A stretch of 64,000 nucleotides of DNA from an uncultured Candidatus Saccharibacteria bacterium (GTDB lineage Bacteria; Patescibacteriota; Minisyncoccia; Phycocordibacterales; G965230995), in the NCBI GenBank assembly GCA_965230995.1, contig OZ246398.1, forward strand, positions 528,213-592,212, written 5' to 3'. Position numbers and translations under genes: made by a program. This document shows, one piece after another, positions 9,725 through 18,214 of this stretch (positions are counted from its first letter, which is position 1; each line of letters starts with the position of its first letter). Under the pieces are notes generated by a model. The model was not told the DNA's origin, made no database searches, and saw only the letters and a program-made list of their open reading frames with translations.

Positions 9725-10468
9725 ATGGATAATAAAGACGAAAGGAAGGACGAATCCGACCTCCTTGTAGTTGCTCATCAAATACAGGCGCCCTTAGCTG
9801 CTGTAAAATGGACTCTTTCAATGCTTGAAAATGGTGATGTGGGGAAGTTAACCAAAGACCAATTAGAGCTTGTAGATAAAGCTCAAAAGAGCAATGCACG
9901 CGCGATTCGTTTTATCGAAGATTTGCTTTCGGTTACAAAACTTGAATATGGCGGAGAAAATCTTGATTACTCTCTAGTCCCAATTATAGATGTTATTCAT
10001 GACACGATACACGAACTATCACCTGTCGCAAAAGAAAAGGGCGTTAAAATAATTGTAAACGATTTCAAAAGCGAAAGCCCTCTTATCGAAATAGACAAAG
10101 AAAAAATCAGAAGCGCTTTCGAAAATATTTTGGATAATGCAATAAAATATTCTGGACAAGATGGTTCAGTTGTAATCAATCTAGTAAAAGAAAGCACTGA
10201 TGTTTTAATTTCTGTTGATGATTCTGGTATTGGAATAAGCGAAGAAGACGAATCCGATTTGTTTAAAAAATTCTTTAGGAGCAGGCAAGCAAGAGAAACG
10301 GGTGCCGCGGGTACTGGTCTCGGTCTATTTATTGCAAAGCGAATAATAGAAAAACATGGCGGTAAAATATGGTTTGAAGACAAAAAAAGAGACTTACACC
10401 TAAAACAATCCGGTGCAAGATTTTCATTCACCATTCCTTTTAAAGTAATTGATGATATGGTAATATAA
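9725..10468 (+). CDS. Soluble sensor histidine kinase (HisKA + HATPase_c only, no sensor/TM domain)
   Basis: H-box VAHQIQAPL, N/G boxes (ILDNAIKYS, DDSGIGI, GTGLGLFIAKRIIE). Confidence 0.7.
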   Translation: MDNKDERKDESDLLVVAHQIQAPLAAVKWTLSMLENGDVGKLTKDQLELVDKAQKSNARAIRFIEDLLSVTKLEYGGENLDYSLVPIIDVIHDTIHELSPVAKEKGVKIIVNDFKSESPLIEIDKEKIRSAFENILDNAIKYSGQDGSVVINLVKESTDVLISVDDSGIGISEEDESDLFKKFFRSRQARETGAAGTGLGLFIAKRIIEKHGGKIWFEDKKRDLHLKQSGARFSFTIPFKVIDDMVI

Positions 10469-10491
10469 ACTAGCTTAATTTACATATTTAT

Positions 10492-10875
10492 ATGGACCAA
10501 AAACTAAAAGGAAAGAAGATAATGTGGATCGAAGACGATCAGTTTCTAAGCGGTATAATAGCCCAAAAATTATCTTCACACGGCGGAACTCTCGTACACT
10601 CTTCAAATGGCGAAGACGGTCTTGCTATGGCAAGAAAAGAACTCCCAGATGTCCTTATATTGGATATCCTTTTGCCAGGGCTGTCAGGTTATGATGTCTT
10701 AGCTGGTATTAAAGATGATCCAAAAACAAAAGATATTCCGGTTATAATGTTTTCAAACCTCGGAGATCCAGAAGACATGAAAAAAGCAAGCGAGCTTGGA
10801 GCAACGAAATTCTTGATGAAAGCTACTATCGTTCCAGAGGAATTGGTAGAAGAAATTCTTAAAGTAATAAAATAG
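10492..10875 (+). CDS. Stand-alone response-regulator receiver domain (CheY-like, no output domain)
   Basis: MWIEDD... LDILLPGLSGYDVL... IPVIMFSNLG receiver motifs. Confidence 0.7.
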   Translation: MDQKLKGKKIMWIEDDQFLSGIIAQKLSSHGGTLVHSSNGEDGLAMARKELPDVLILDILLPGLSGYDVLAGIKDDPKTKDIPVIMFSNLGDPEDMKKASELGATKFLMKATIVPEELVEEILKVIK

Positions 10876-10927
10876 GCTTGATTTATCCTGTTTTGATTGT
10901 ATAGTGTTTCCACAAGTATTTTTTGGT

Positions 10928-13573
10928 ATGTCACAGAAAAAAGAAAAACAGAATAGAAACAGTCATTTTGGACCACAAGACATTGTAGTCAGAGGGGCGA
11001 GAACTCACAATCTAAAAAATATAGATGTGACAATCCCTAGAAATACTATGACTGTTATTACAGGACTTTCAGGATCAGGAAAGTCATCTTTGGCATTTGA
11101 TACTATTTTTGCAGAAGGTCAGAGGAAATATGTAGAATCTCTTTCTTCTTATGCCAGACAATTCCTAAAGCAAATGCAGAAACCAGATGTGGATGAAATT
11201 ATCGGAATCTCTCCGTCGATTTCTATTGATCAAAAATCTAGATCAAACAATCCTCGTTCAACCGTTGCGACCATAACAGAAATATATGACTATCTTCGTG
11301 TTTTGTATGCCAGAATTGGTAAACCACATTGTCTAATATGTGGAGATGAAATAAAGAGACTAACAAATGATGAAATAAAAAATGTCATCATAAGAAAAGT
11401 AGATGAAGAGCTCGAAAAATTAAAAGAAAAAAGAAAAGGCGATACAAAAAAGCAAAAAATAGAATTGCCTTCGTATGTTGAGATTTTTGCTCCGCTAGTT
11501 AGAGGCAGGAAGGGTGAATACTACCAATTGTTATACGATTTGCTCGGTAAAGGATATAGCGAAGTCCTAGTAGATGGAAAAAGAAAAAAATTGAGAGAAC
11601 AAATAATTCTTTCAAAAAACAAAAGACATGACATTGATGTTCTTGTCGATCAGATTAGTCTTTCTGAATTTGAAAGTACCAGAAAATCTGCCGAGGAAAG
11701 ACTGTCAGAAGATATCGAAAAAGCAATCGACGAATCAGAAGGCTTGATTGCAATCAGCTTCTACGATATGGCAATGAAAAAAGAGGAAAATTACAAACCA
11801 GAATCTTTTGTGATGTCTGTTAAATTCTCTTGCCCAAAAGACGGATATTCATATCCAGAAATTGAACCCAGACTATTTTCTTTCAACTCGCCTTATGGTG
11901 CGTGCCCAGAATGTAATGGTCTCGGAACTAGACATTTCTTTGGATCAGAGCCGTGTCCTGTTTGTGGTGGTGCGAGACTAAGGCCAGAAGCTTTGCGTGT
12001 TTTGGTCAACGGTAAAAATATTATCGAAAGCATATCTCAATCAATAGATGATGCTTATGATTTTTTTGATAATCTAAAATTAACAAAAACAGAAAAGGAA
12101 ATTGCTTCGGTTATGCTCCGCGAGATTACTTTGAGATTGCTCTTTATGAAAAATGTCGGTATCGAATATTTGTCTTTGGATAGAAGGGCTCATACGCTAT
12201 CCGGTGGTGAAGCTCAGAGAATTCGTCTCGCTTCACAGCTTGGTTCAGGTTTAGTCGGTGCTACATATGTGCTCGATGAACCAACTATCGGTTTGCATTC
12301 GAGAGATAATGCGAGATTGGTTGAGACTTTGGTTGAACTACGAAATCTTGGTAATACAATAATAATTGTTGAACACGACGAAGATACTATTTATGCTTCG
12401 GATTATATTGTTGATATTGGACCTGGTGCTGGTGTTCATGGTGGAAATGTCGTAGTGCAAGGCTATCTCGAAGAGCTTCTCTCTGCAAAGACCAATAAAA
12501 GCGGTTCAGTTACTCTCGACTATTTACGAAAAGAAAAACAAATTCCTGTACCAGAAAAAAGAAGGACACAAGATAAAGGTTCGCTTTCAATACGCGGAGG
12601 AAAAGTCTTTAATATAAAAAACCTTAATGTTGATATACCGCTAGGGCGTTTTGTGACAATAACTGGTGTATCGGGATCTGGAAAATCTTCTTTTATGTAT
12701 GAAATCGTACATAAAAATCTACTCGCAAGACTCGAAAGGAGATACCGATCAAATGAAATTCATAATTGTTCGAGCTTTACCGGCACGGAATATGTGAGCC
12801 GAGTTGTATTAGTTGATCAATCACCAATAGGTAGAACACCAAGATCAAACCCAGCAACGTATACAGGTGCTTGGACATTTATCAGGGATATGTTTGCTGA
12901 AACTAGCGAAGCTAGAGCGAGAGGTTGGAAAGCAAAAAGATTTTCTTTCAATGTAAAGGGAGGAAGATGTGAAGCGTGCCAAGGAAATGGTGAAATAGCT
13001 GTTGAAATGCATTTTCTTCCGACTGTATATGTTCCGTGTGAAGTCTGCGAGGGTAAAAGATTTATGAAGGAAACACTCGAAGTAAAATACAAGAAAAAAA
13101 GCATATATGATGTTCTAAAAATGACTGTCGAAGAAGCCTGTGTCTTCTTTGAAGATATTCCCGCAATACATGACAGACTAAAAACCATGCTTGATGTCGG
13201 TTTGGGTTATCTTGAATTGGGGCAATCAGCAACAACACTTTCTGGTGGAGAAGCACAAAGAGTAAAAATATCATCAGAGCTTTACAGACCTCATGTACAA
13301 AAGACAATTTATCTTTTGGATGAACCAACAGTTGGTTTGCATTACGAAGACGTAAAAAAACTAATAGACATTTTGCAATTGCTTGTATCAAAAGGAAACA
13401 CTGTTTTGGTGATCGAACACAATCTCGACCTAATCAAATCATCTGATTATGTTATCGATATTGGACCAGAGGGGGGAATAAATGGTGGAGAATTGGTTGC
13501 AAAGGGAACACCAGAACAGGTGGCAGAGTCTAAAAAATCCCATACAGGATCGTATCTGAAAAAAGTCCTTTAA
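10928..13573 (+). CDS. uvrA: Excinuclease ABC subunit A
   Basis: Two ABC modules (GLSGSGKSSLAF, GVSGSGKSSF, two LSGGE signatures) and Zn-finger cysteines. The tracked ORF starts with GTG at 10904; the ATG at 10928 (MSQKKEK) is preferred. Confidence 0.9.
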   Translation: MSQKKEKQNRNSHFGPQDIVVRGARTHNLKNIDVTIPRNTMTVITGLSGSGKSSLAFDTIFAEGQRKYVESLSSYARQFLKQMQKPDVDEIIGISPSISIDQKSRSNNPRSTVATITEIYDYLRVLYARIGKPHCLICGDEIKRLTNDEIKNVIIRKVDEELEKLKEKRKGDTKKQKIELPSYVEIFAPLVRGRKGEYYQLLYDLLGKGYSEVLVDGKRKKLREQIILSKNKRHDIDVLVDQISLSEFESTRKSAEERLSEDIEKAIDESEGLIAISFYDMAMKKEENYKPESFVMSVKFSCPKDGYSYPEIEPRLFSFNSPYGACPECNGLGTRHFFGSEPCPVCGGARLRPEALRVLVNGKNIIESISQSIDDAYDFFDNLKLTKTEKEIASVMLREITLRLLFMKNVGIEYLSLDRRAHTLSGGEAQRIRLASQLGSGLVGATYVLDEPTIGLHSRDNARLVETLVELRNLGNTIIIVEHDEDTIYASDYIVDIGPGAGVHGGNVVVQGYLEELLSAKTNKSGSVTLDYLRKEKQIPVPEKRRTQDKGSLSIRGGKVFNIKNLNVDIPLGRFVTITGVSGSGKSSFMYEIVHKNLLARLERRYRSNEIHNCSSFTGTEYVSRVVLVDQSPIGRTPRSNPATYTGAWTFIRDMFAETSEARARGWKAKRFSFNVKGGRCEACQGNGEIAVEMHFLPTVYVPCEVCEGKRFMKETLEVKYKKKSIYDVLKMTVEEACVFFEDIPAIHDRLKTMLDVGLGYLELGQSATTLSGGEAQRVKISSELYRPHVQKTIYLLDEPTVGLHYEDVKKLIDILQLLVSKGNTVLVIEHNLDLIKSSDYVIDIGPEGGINGGELVAKGTPEQVAESKKSHTGSYLKKVL

Positions 13574-13605
13574 AAAGGAAACGCCCCGAGGCGTTCCTAA
13601 TTAAT

Positions 13606-14850
13606 ATGTCATTGTCAAACCTAAAAGAAGAAATAAATAATCTACCCGACGAAAGCGGTGCGTATTTTTTTCGTGACAAAGAAAATAATATTTTGTATAT
13701 CGGCAAAGCGACTTCTTTAAAATCTAGAGTAAAAAGCTATCTCTCGTCTGATTTGATAGAAAGTCGCGGTGAGAGAATAGTAAAGATGACACAGGAAACT
13801 GAAAAAATTTCGTTTGAAAAAACGGATTCAGTTTTGGAAGCCCTGGTCCTAGAGGCATACCTAATAAAAAAACATAGACCGAAATATAACGTCCTAGAGA
13901 AAGACGACAAAAGCTATAATTTTGTCGTTATCTCAAAAGAAAAGAAAGACGGTTTCCCAAAACTGGTTGTAATGAGGGGAAAAGATATTTTGTCTGGAAA
14001 TTTAGATTTTAAAATCGCATATTCTTTTGGGCCATTTACCCAAGGTAAATCCTTAAAAGTTGCATTGAAAATAATTCGAAAAATATTTCCATTTCGAGAC
14101 AAATGTGAACCAAATCTAAATGGTAAACCTTGTTTTAATTATGAATTAGGTCTTTGTCCGGGAATGTGTGCAGGGAAAATTTCCGCAGAAGATTACAGAA
14201 AAAATATAAAAAATATTGTTTTATTTTTTGAAGGAAAAAAGAAGAAAATTCTTTCATCTTTTAAAAAAGAAATGGCTTTGCTCGCAAAACAAGAAAAATT
14301 TGAGGAAGCAGAACAGATAAAAAGAAAAATCTTTGCATTAGAACATATACAGGACGTCGCATTAATTTCTGATGATTTATTGCAAAAGGGTAGTAGTGAT
14401 GAATATAGAATTGAAAGCTATGATATTGCACATTTGTCCGGGGACAATGTAGTCGGTGTTATGACAGTTGTGTCGAATGGCGAAGCTAGAAAAAATGAAT
14501 ATCGAAAATTCAAAATTAGGGGCGGATACGGCAATAATGATGTTGCTTCTTTAACAGAAGTAATAGAAAGGCGACTTGAACACAATGAATGGGAGTATCC
14601 CAAACTTATAGTTGTTGATGGTGGTATTGCACAAAAAAATGCGATTGAAAGTGTTCTAGAAAAAACTGGGATCTCAATTCCTGTTGTTTCGGTTTTAAAA
14701 GACGAAAGACACAAACCAAAACAAATTCTAGGGGATAAAAAAATAGCTTTGGAAAAAGAAGCTGATATTTTACTTGCAAATTCAGAATCTCATCGCTTTG
14801 CAATCACATATCATAGGAATATGAGAAACAAGAATTTTCGTTTGTTATAA
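13606..14850 (+). CDS. uvrC: Excinuclease ABC subunit C, short form lacking the C-terminal (HhH)2 domain
   Basis: GIY-YIG (GAYFFRDKENNILYIGKATSLKSRVKSY), UVR motif (EEAEQIKRKIFALEHI), RNase-H-like endonuclease domain (VVDGGIAQKNAI). Ends after ESHRFAITYHR with no HhH tail. Confidence 0.8.
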   Translation: MSLSNLKEEINNLPDESGAYFFRDKENNILYIGKATSLKSRVKSYLSSDLIESRGERIVKMTQETEKISFEKTDSVLEALVLEAYLIKKHRPKYNVLEKDDKSYNFVVISKEKKDGFPKLVVMRGKDILSGNLDFKIAYSFGPFTQGKSLKVALKIIRKIFPFRDKCEPNLNGKPCFNYELGLCPGMCAGKISAEDYRKNIKNIVLFFEGKKKKILSSFKKEMALLAKQEKFEEAEQIKRKIFALEHIQDVALISDDLLQKGSSDEYRIESYDIAHLSGDNVVGVMTVVSNGEARKNEYRKFKIRGGYGNNDVASLTEVIERRLEHNEWEYPKLIVVDGGIAQKNAIESVLEKTGISIPVVSVLKDERHKPKQILGDKKIALEKEADILLANSESHRFAITYHRNMRNKNFRLL

Positions 14851-14891
14851 CTGTTGATACTCTTACAGCATTTAGGTGGTATAATTAACTA

Positions 14892-15863
14892 ATGCTAAAA
14901 GGTAGAGTGGCAATTTTGAGGGGTGGACCATCGTCTGAATACGATGTTTCTTTGCGTTCGGGACATACAATTCTTAAAAATATGCCAGATAACTGGGATG
15001 CCAAAGATATTTTCATCGACAAACTCGGAAGGTGGCATATTGGTGGTGTAGAAAAAAGCCCTGAAAAAATTCTCAGAAATTTTGACGTTGTGTTTAATGC
15101 TATGCACGGAGAATATGGCGAAGACGGAAAGGTCCAAGCCTTGCTCGAATCGCTGAAAATACCATTTAACGGATCAAAATCTCTTCCGTCGGCGATAGCG
15201 ATGAACAAAATCAAAACAAAAGAAATTCTAGAACTTCATGGTATTAAAACACCTCGTTTTACATATATTAAAAAACAGGATTATACATACGGAGATTTGG
15301 CCGAGCTCTACGCTAGCCTGCCTAGACCGATTGTAGTCAAACCCGCATTTGCCGGCTCATCAATAGGAATATCAATTGTTAATTCTTTTGAGGAACTCGT
15401 AAATGCAGTAAATATTGCTTTCAAAGTGAGCGATTATATTTTGCTCGAAGAATTTGTTTCTGGTAGGGAATTGACTTGTGGAGTCCTAGATCACTCGAAT
15501 GGCAAAGATATTTATGCTCTATATCCGGTAGAAATACATTTTGATAAACAAAAAAAGATTTGGGACTATCAATCAAAATATGACAAGAATAGTCATTCAT
15601 ACAGTTGTCCCGCAAGAATGCCCGCGAGAATTAAACGCGAAGTCCAAGACATCTCTCACAAAGTTCACAGTGTGCTCAATCTTTCTCATTATTCAAGAAG
15701 CGACTTTATTGTAAATGATAAGGGTGATGTTTATTTCCTCGAAGTAAACACTCTCCCAGGGCTCACCGAAACATCTCTTTATCCTCTCAGTCTCGACACT
15801 GTTGGTATTAAAATGCCAAAGTTTATTAATCATATTTTGACCCTTGCAATAAAAAGAAAATAG
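14892..15863 (+). CDS. ddl: D-alanine--D-alanine ligase
   Basis: AILRGGPSSEYDVSLRSG N-terminus, ATP-grasp core, EVNTLPGLTETSLYP C-terminus. Confidence 0.8.
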   Translation: MLKGRVAILRGGPSSEYDVSLRSGHTILKNMPDNWDAKDIFIDKLGRWHIGGVEKSPEKILRNFDVVFNAMHGEYGEDGKVQALLESLKIPFNGSKSLPSAIAMNKIKTKEILELHGIKTPRFTYIKKQDYTYGDLAELYASLPRPIVVKPAFAGSSIGISIVNSFEELVNAVNIAFKVSDYILLEEFVSGRELTCGVLDHSNGKDIYALYPVEIHFDKQKKIWDYQSKYDKNSHSYSCPARMPARIKREVQDISHKVHSVLNLSHYSRSDFIVNDKGDVYFLEVNTLPGLTETSLYPLSLDTVGIKMPKFINHILTLAIKRK

Positions 15864-15888
15864 GGTAAAATGTCATTTGTCGTTTAAC

Positions 15889-15964
15889 GGGCCCGTAGCT
15901 CATCTGGTAGAGCACTTCACTTGCACTGAAGGGGTGGCAGGTTCGAGTCCTGTCGGGTCCACCA
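15889..15964 (+). tRNA. tRNA-Ala (anticodon TGC), CCA encoded
   Basis: Manual cloverleaf: acceptor GGGCCCG/CGGGTCC with the G3:U70 alanine identity pair, D-arm GCTCATCTGGTAGAGC, anticodon loop CTTGCAC, T-arm GCAGG-TTCGAGT-CCTGT, 3' ACCA. Confidence 0.85.
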
Positions 15965-16005
15965 CAAATATAAAACCGGCTTCAATGCCGGTTTTATATT
16001 TGTGG
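15962..16005. terminator. Perfect 19-bp inverted repeat (CCACAAATATAAAACCGGC-ttcaat-GCCGGTTTTATATTTGTGG) overlapping the tRNA CCA; likely intrinsic terminator
   Basis: Read directly: GC core stem followed by a T-rich run on the right arm. Confidence 0.5.
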
Positions 16006-16093
16006 AAGGGGTCGGGGGACTCGAAACCTTTGTGAGATTTTATGGAGTCCGATAGGACGAACAGAAAATCCACAAATGGGTACTGACCCTGTA

Positions 16094-16113
16094 AGGTTCG
16101 AGTCCTGTCGGGT
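16094..16113 (+). repeat. Direct repeat of 20 nt of the tRNA-Ala T-arm/acceptor segment (AGGTTCGAGTCCTGTCGGGT); att-like footprint
   Basis: Exact 20/20 identity with tRNA positions ~51-70 (15939-15958), 130 bp downstream of the intact tRNA. The sequence diverges exactly where the tRNA continues with CCACCA. Confidence 0.6.
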
Positions 16114-16205
16114 AGCTCAGATATTTTAGGAGTGAAACGAACTAAAATATCCACGAGAGTGACCGAGTCCTTCATAATCATTATGTTATGTTATAAAGTA
16201 ACATG

Positions 16206-16216
16206 TGTGTTATAAT
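16206..16216 (+). promoter_or_regulatory. Extended -10 promoter (TGtTATAAT) upstream of the controller-protein gene; near-palindrome ATGTTAT...GTAACAT just upstream may be the C-box
   Basis: TG-n-TATAAT read at 16208-16216, 7 nt before the C-gene ATG region. Unverified. Confidence 0.3.
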
Positions 16217-16222
16217 TTATGA

Positions 16223-16429
16223 ATGAATGATGAATCAGTGAGACTTGGTATAAATCTGAGAAAGGTAAGAATGGTTAAGGAAAAGTCTCAGACTGATATC
16301 GCACATAATTTGGGAGTTAGTCGCGGCTTCATAAGTATGATAGAAAATGGAAAAACAAATCCAACACTTACAACAATATCAAAGCTGGCAAAGTCGGTTG
16401 GCGTTTCCATTGATGAACTTTTGAAATAA
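16223..16429 (+). CDS. XRE-family HTH protein, likely R-M controller (C) protein (68 aa)
   Basis: Canonical Cro/C1 HTH (QTDIAHNLGVSRGFISMIENGKTNPTLTTISKLAKSVGVS); position immediately upstream of the M and R genes. Confidence 0.6.
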   Translation: MNDESVRLGINLRKVRMVKEKSQTDIAHNLGVSRGFISMIENGKTNPTLTTISKLAKSVGVSIDELLK

Positions 16430-16433
16430 ATTT

Positions 16434-17432
16434 ATGTCCAAAACAAAATTAAAAAATTTAAAATTTATGGACTACTGTGCCGGAATTGGTGCAGGTCGTA
16501 TTGGCCTTGAAAGAAACGGGCTAACCTGTGTCGGTTTTTCTGAAATTGATAGACAAGCAGAAAAAACTTATAGAAAATTTTTTGGTGAGGGCGAAACAAA
16601 TTATGGGGATTTGATGAAAATTGATACAAGTAAATTACCAGATTTTGACATGATGATCGCAGGTTTTCCATGTCAAACTTTTTCCGTTATTGGACAAAGA
16701 AAAGGAATGCAAGATGAACGAGGACAGATTATTTATGGACTTATCAAGATAATGCTTGATAAAAATTTAAAATATTTCATTTTAGAAAATGTAAAGGGAT
16801 TAACAAATCATGACAATGGAAATTCTCTTAAGGTTATTTTAAGTGAATTAGATAAGGCAGGTTATAAGGTTTTTTATCAGGTTTTAAATAGTGTCGATTA
16901 TGGTGTCCCCCAGATGAGGGAGAGAATTTATTTTGTTGGCATAAGAAAAGATTTAGTTCCAAATAATTTTCAATTTTATTTTCCAGAACGCCAACCAAGA
17001 GCTGATGTTAAAGATTATCTAATTGATACTAAAGAGCTTGAATTTGATGAGAAAAAAGTTGCGTACGAGACTTTTTTGAAATATTTAAATAACAAATACA
17101 ATAAAGGACAACATGATATTAAAGAAATTCTTAAACAAGATTATTTAGTTATAGATACAAGACAATCTGATTTAAGAATTTATATAAATAAAGTACCAAC
17201 ACTTCGAACTGGCAGACACGGGATTTTATATGTAAAAGACGGAAAATTTAGAAAATTATCAGGATATGAATCATTGTTACTTCAGGGTTTTCCAAAAGAA
17301 CTCGCAAAAAAAGTCGATGGAGTTATCGAGGAAATACATTTATTAAAACAAACAGGAAATGCTATGACAGTCAATACCATTGAAGCCATTGCGAGAGAGC
17401 TGTTTAATACACTAGAAAAACATGAAAAATAA
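16434..17432 (+). CDS. DNA (cytosine-5)-methyltransferase
   Basis: Motif I YCAGIGAG, motif IV GFPCQTFS, motif VI ENVKG, motif VIII QMRERIYFVG, motif X QTGNAM. Confidence 0.85.
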   Translation: MSKTKLKNLKFMDYCAGIGAGRIGLERNGLTCVGFSEIDRQAEKTYRKFFGEGETNYGDLMKIDTSKLPDFDMMIAGFPCQTFSVIGQRKGMQDERGQIIYGLIKIMLDKNLKYFILENVKGLTNHDNGNSLKVILSELDKAGYKVFYQVLNSVDYGVPQMRERIYFVGIRKDLVPNNFQFYFPERQPRADVKDYLIDTKELEFDEKKVAYETFLKYLNNKYNKGQHDIKEILKQDYLVIDTRQSDLRIYINKVPTLRTGRHGILYVKDGKFRKLSGYESLLLQGFPKELAKKVDGVIEEIHLLKQTGNAMTVNTIEAIARELFNTLEKHEK

Positions 17433-18201
17433 TAAAAAGAAAAATTTAAAACAAATGATAGCTCTCGGCTCAAAAACCGCAAAAGGCGGATTTACCAATG
17501 AACAAGATGTTATTGATCGTTTTAATAACTGGAAAACAGATAAAGTTGCTCAAGAATGGCTTGCAGAAATGAATTACAAAATTGACGATATTGAGTTTGT
17601 AAAAGCGTCAAAAGTCAGAGGTCAATACAAAGCTGATATTCAAGTGCGAATAACTATTTTGATTAAATTAAAATCTCAGGAAGATTTACAAAATTTACAA
17701 GTAAAACTAGTAAGCAATCCGCAAGGATTTAATCAGATAGATAAAAGATGGGTTGATAAATATGTTGAGCTTTGGAATATTCCAAGTAATATTGTAAAGA
17801 TTTTGAAACTTTTTACGGGTGAAATTGCACCAATAAATAATGACTTGCGAGACCCTCGCAGAATGTTTTTAGATGAAATGAGTGAATCTGATCAAAATAA
17901 GTTAATCAATTTCATTAAAGAAAATAAGATTCTTATTGTTTCTGATTTGCTAAAAGGACGAGGCGAATTTTCTGCTGATTGGACCTTGGTTATTCTGAAA
18001 GTGAACGGAAAGAATGCTTGGGTTTTAAAATCAATAAATCATGTCATGAATGTTTTTGGGGCTGGTGATATTCGTATAACACGAGAAGGAAGTTTGAAAA
18101 TCGGAAAAATCGGAATGCAAAGAAAGGGGGGTGATGGTGGTCGTGATACTGCTAAAATGTTGCAGTTTAAAATAAACCCCGTTGAATTGTTTGAGAAGTA
18201 G
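17422..18201 (+). CDS. Type II restriction endonuclease, MspI/HpaII-like (putative CCGG specificity)
   Basis: Position immediately after, and overlapping, the C5-MTase. C-terminal ...GGDGGRDTAKMLQFK resembles the ...KAKKMQFKG C-terminus of R.MspI as I recall it (from memory, unverified). Confidence 0.45.
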   Translation: MKNNKKKNLKQMIALGSKTAKGGFTNEQDVIDRFNNWKTDKVAQEWLAEMNYKIDDIEFVKASKVRGQYKADIQVRITILIKLKSQEDLQNLQVKLVSNPQGFNQIDKRWVDKYVELWNIPSNIVKILKLFTGEIAPINNDLRDPRRMFLDEMSESDQNKLINFIKENKILIVSDLLKGRGEFSADWTLVILKVNGKNAWVLKSINHVMNVFGAGDIRITREGSLKIGKIGMQRKGGDGGRDTAKMLQFKINPVELFEK

Positions 18202-18214
18202 TTTTTGATTATTT

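Noticed and set aside
16006-16093. Possible second tRNA on the minus strand (rc of GGGGTCGGGGGACTCGAAACC looks T-arm-like)
   Set aside because: I could not fold a cloverleaf (no matching acceptor or anticodon stems); treated as a degenerate inverted copy of the tRNA T-arm.
15900-16181. 93-aa minus-strand ORF
   Set aside because: It is antisense to tRNA-Ala, the terminator palindrome and the repeat; a by-product of the RNA and att-like region, not a gene.
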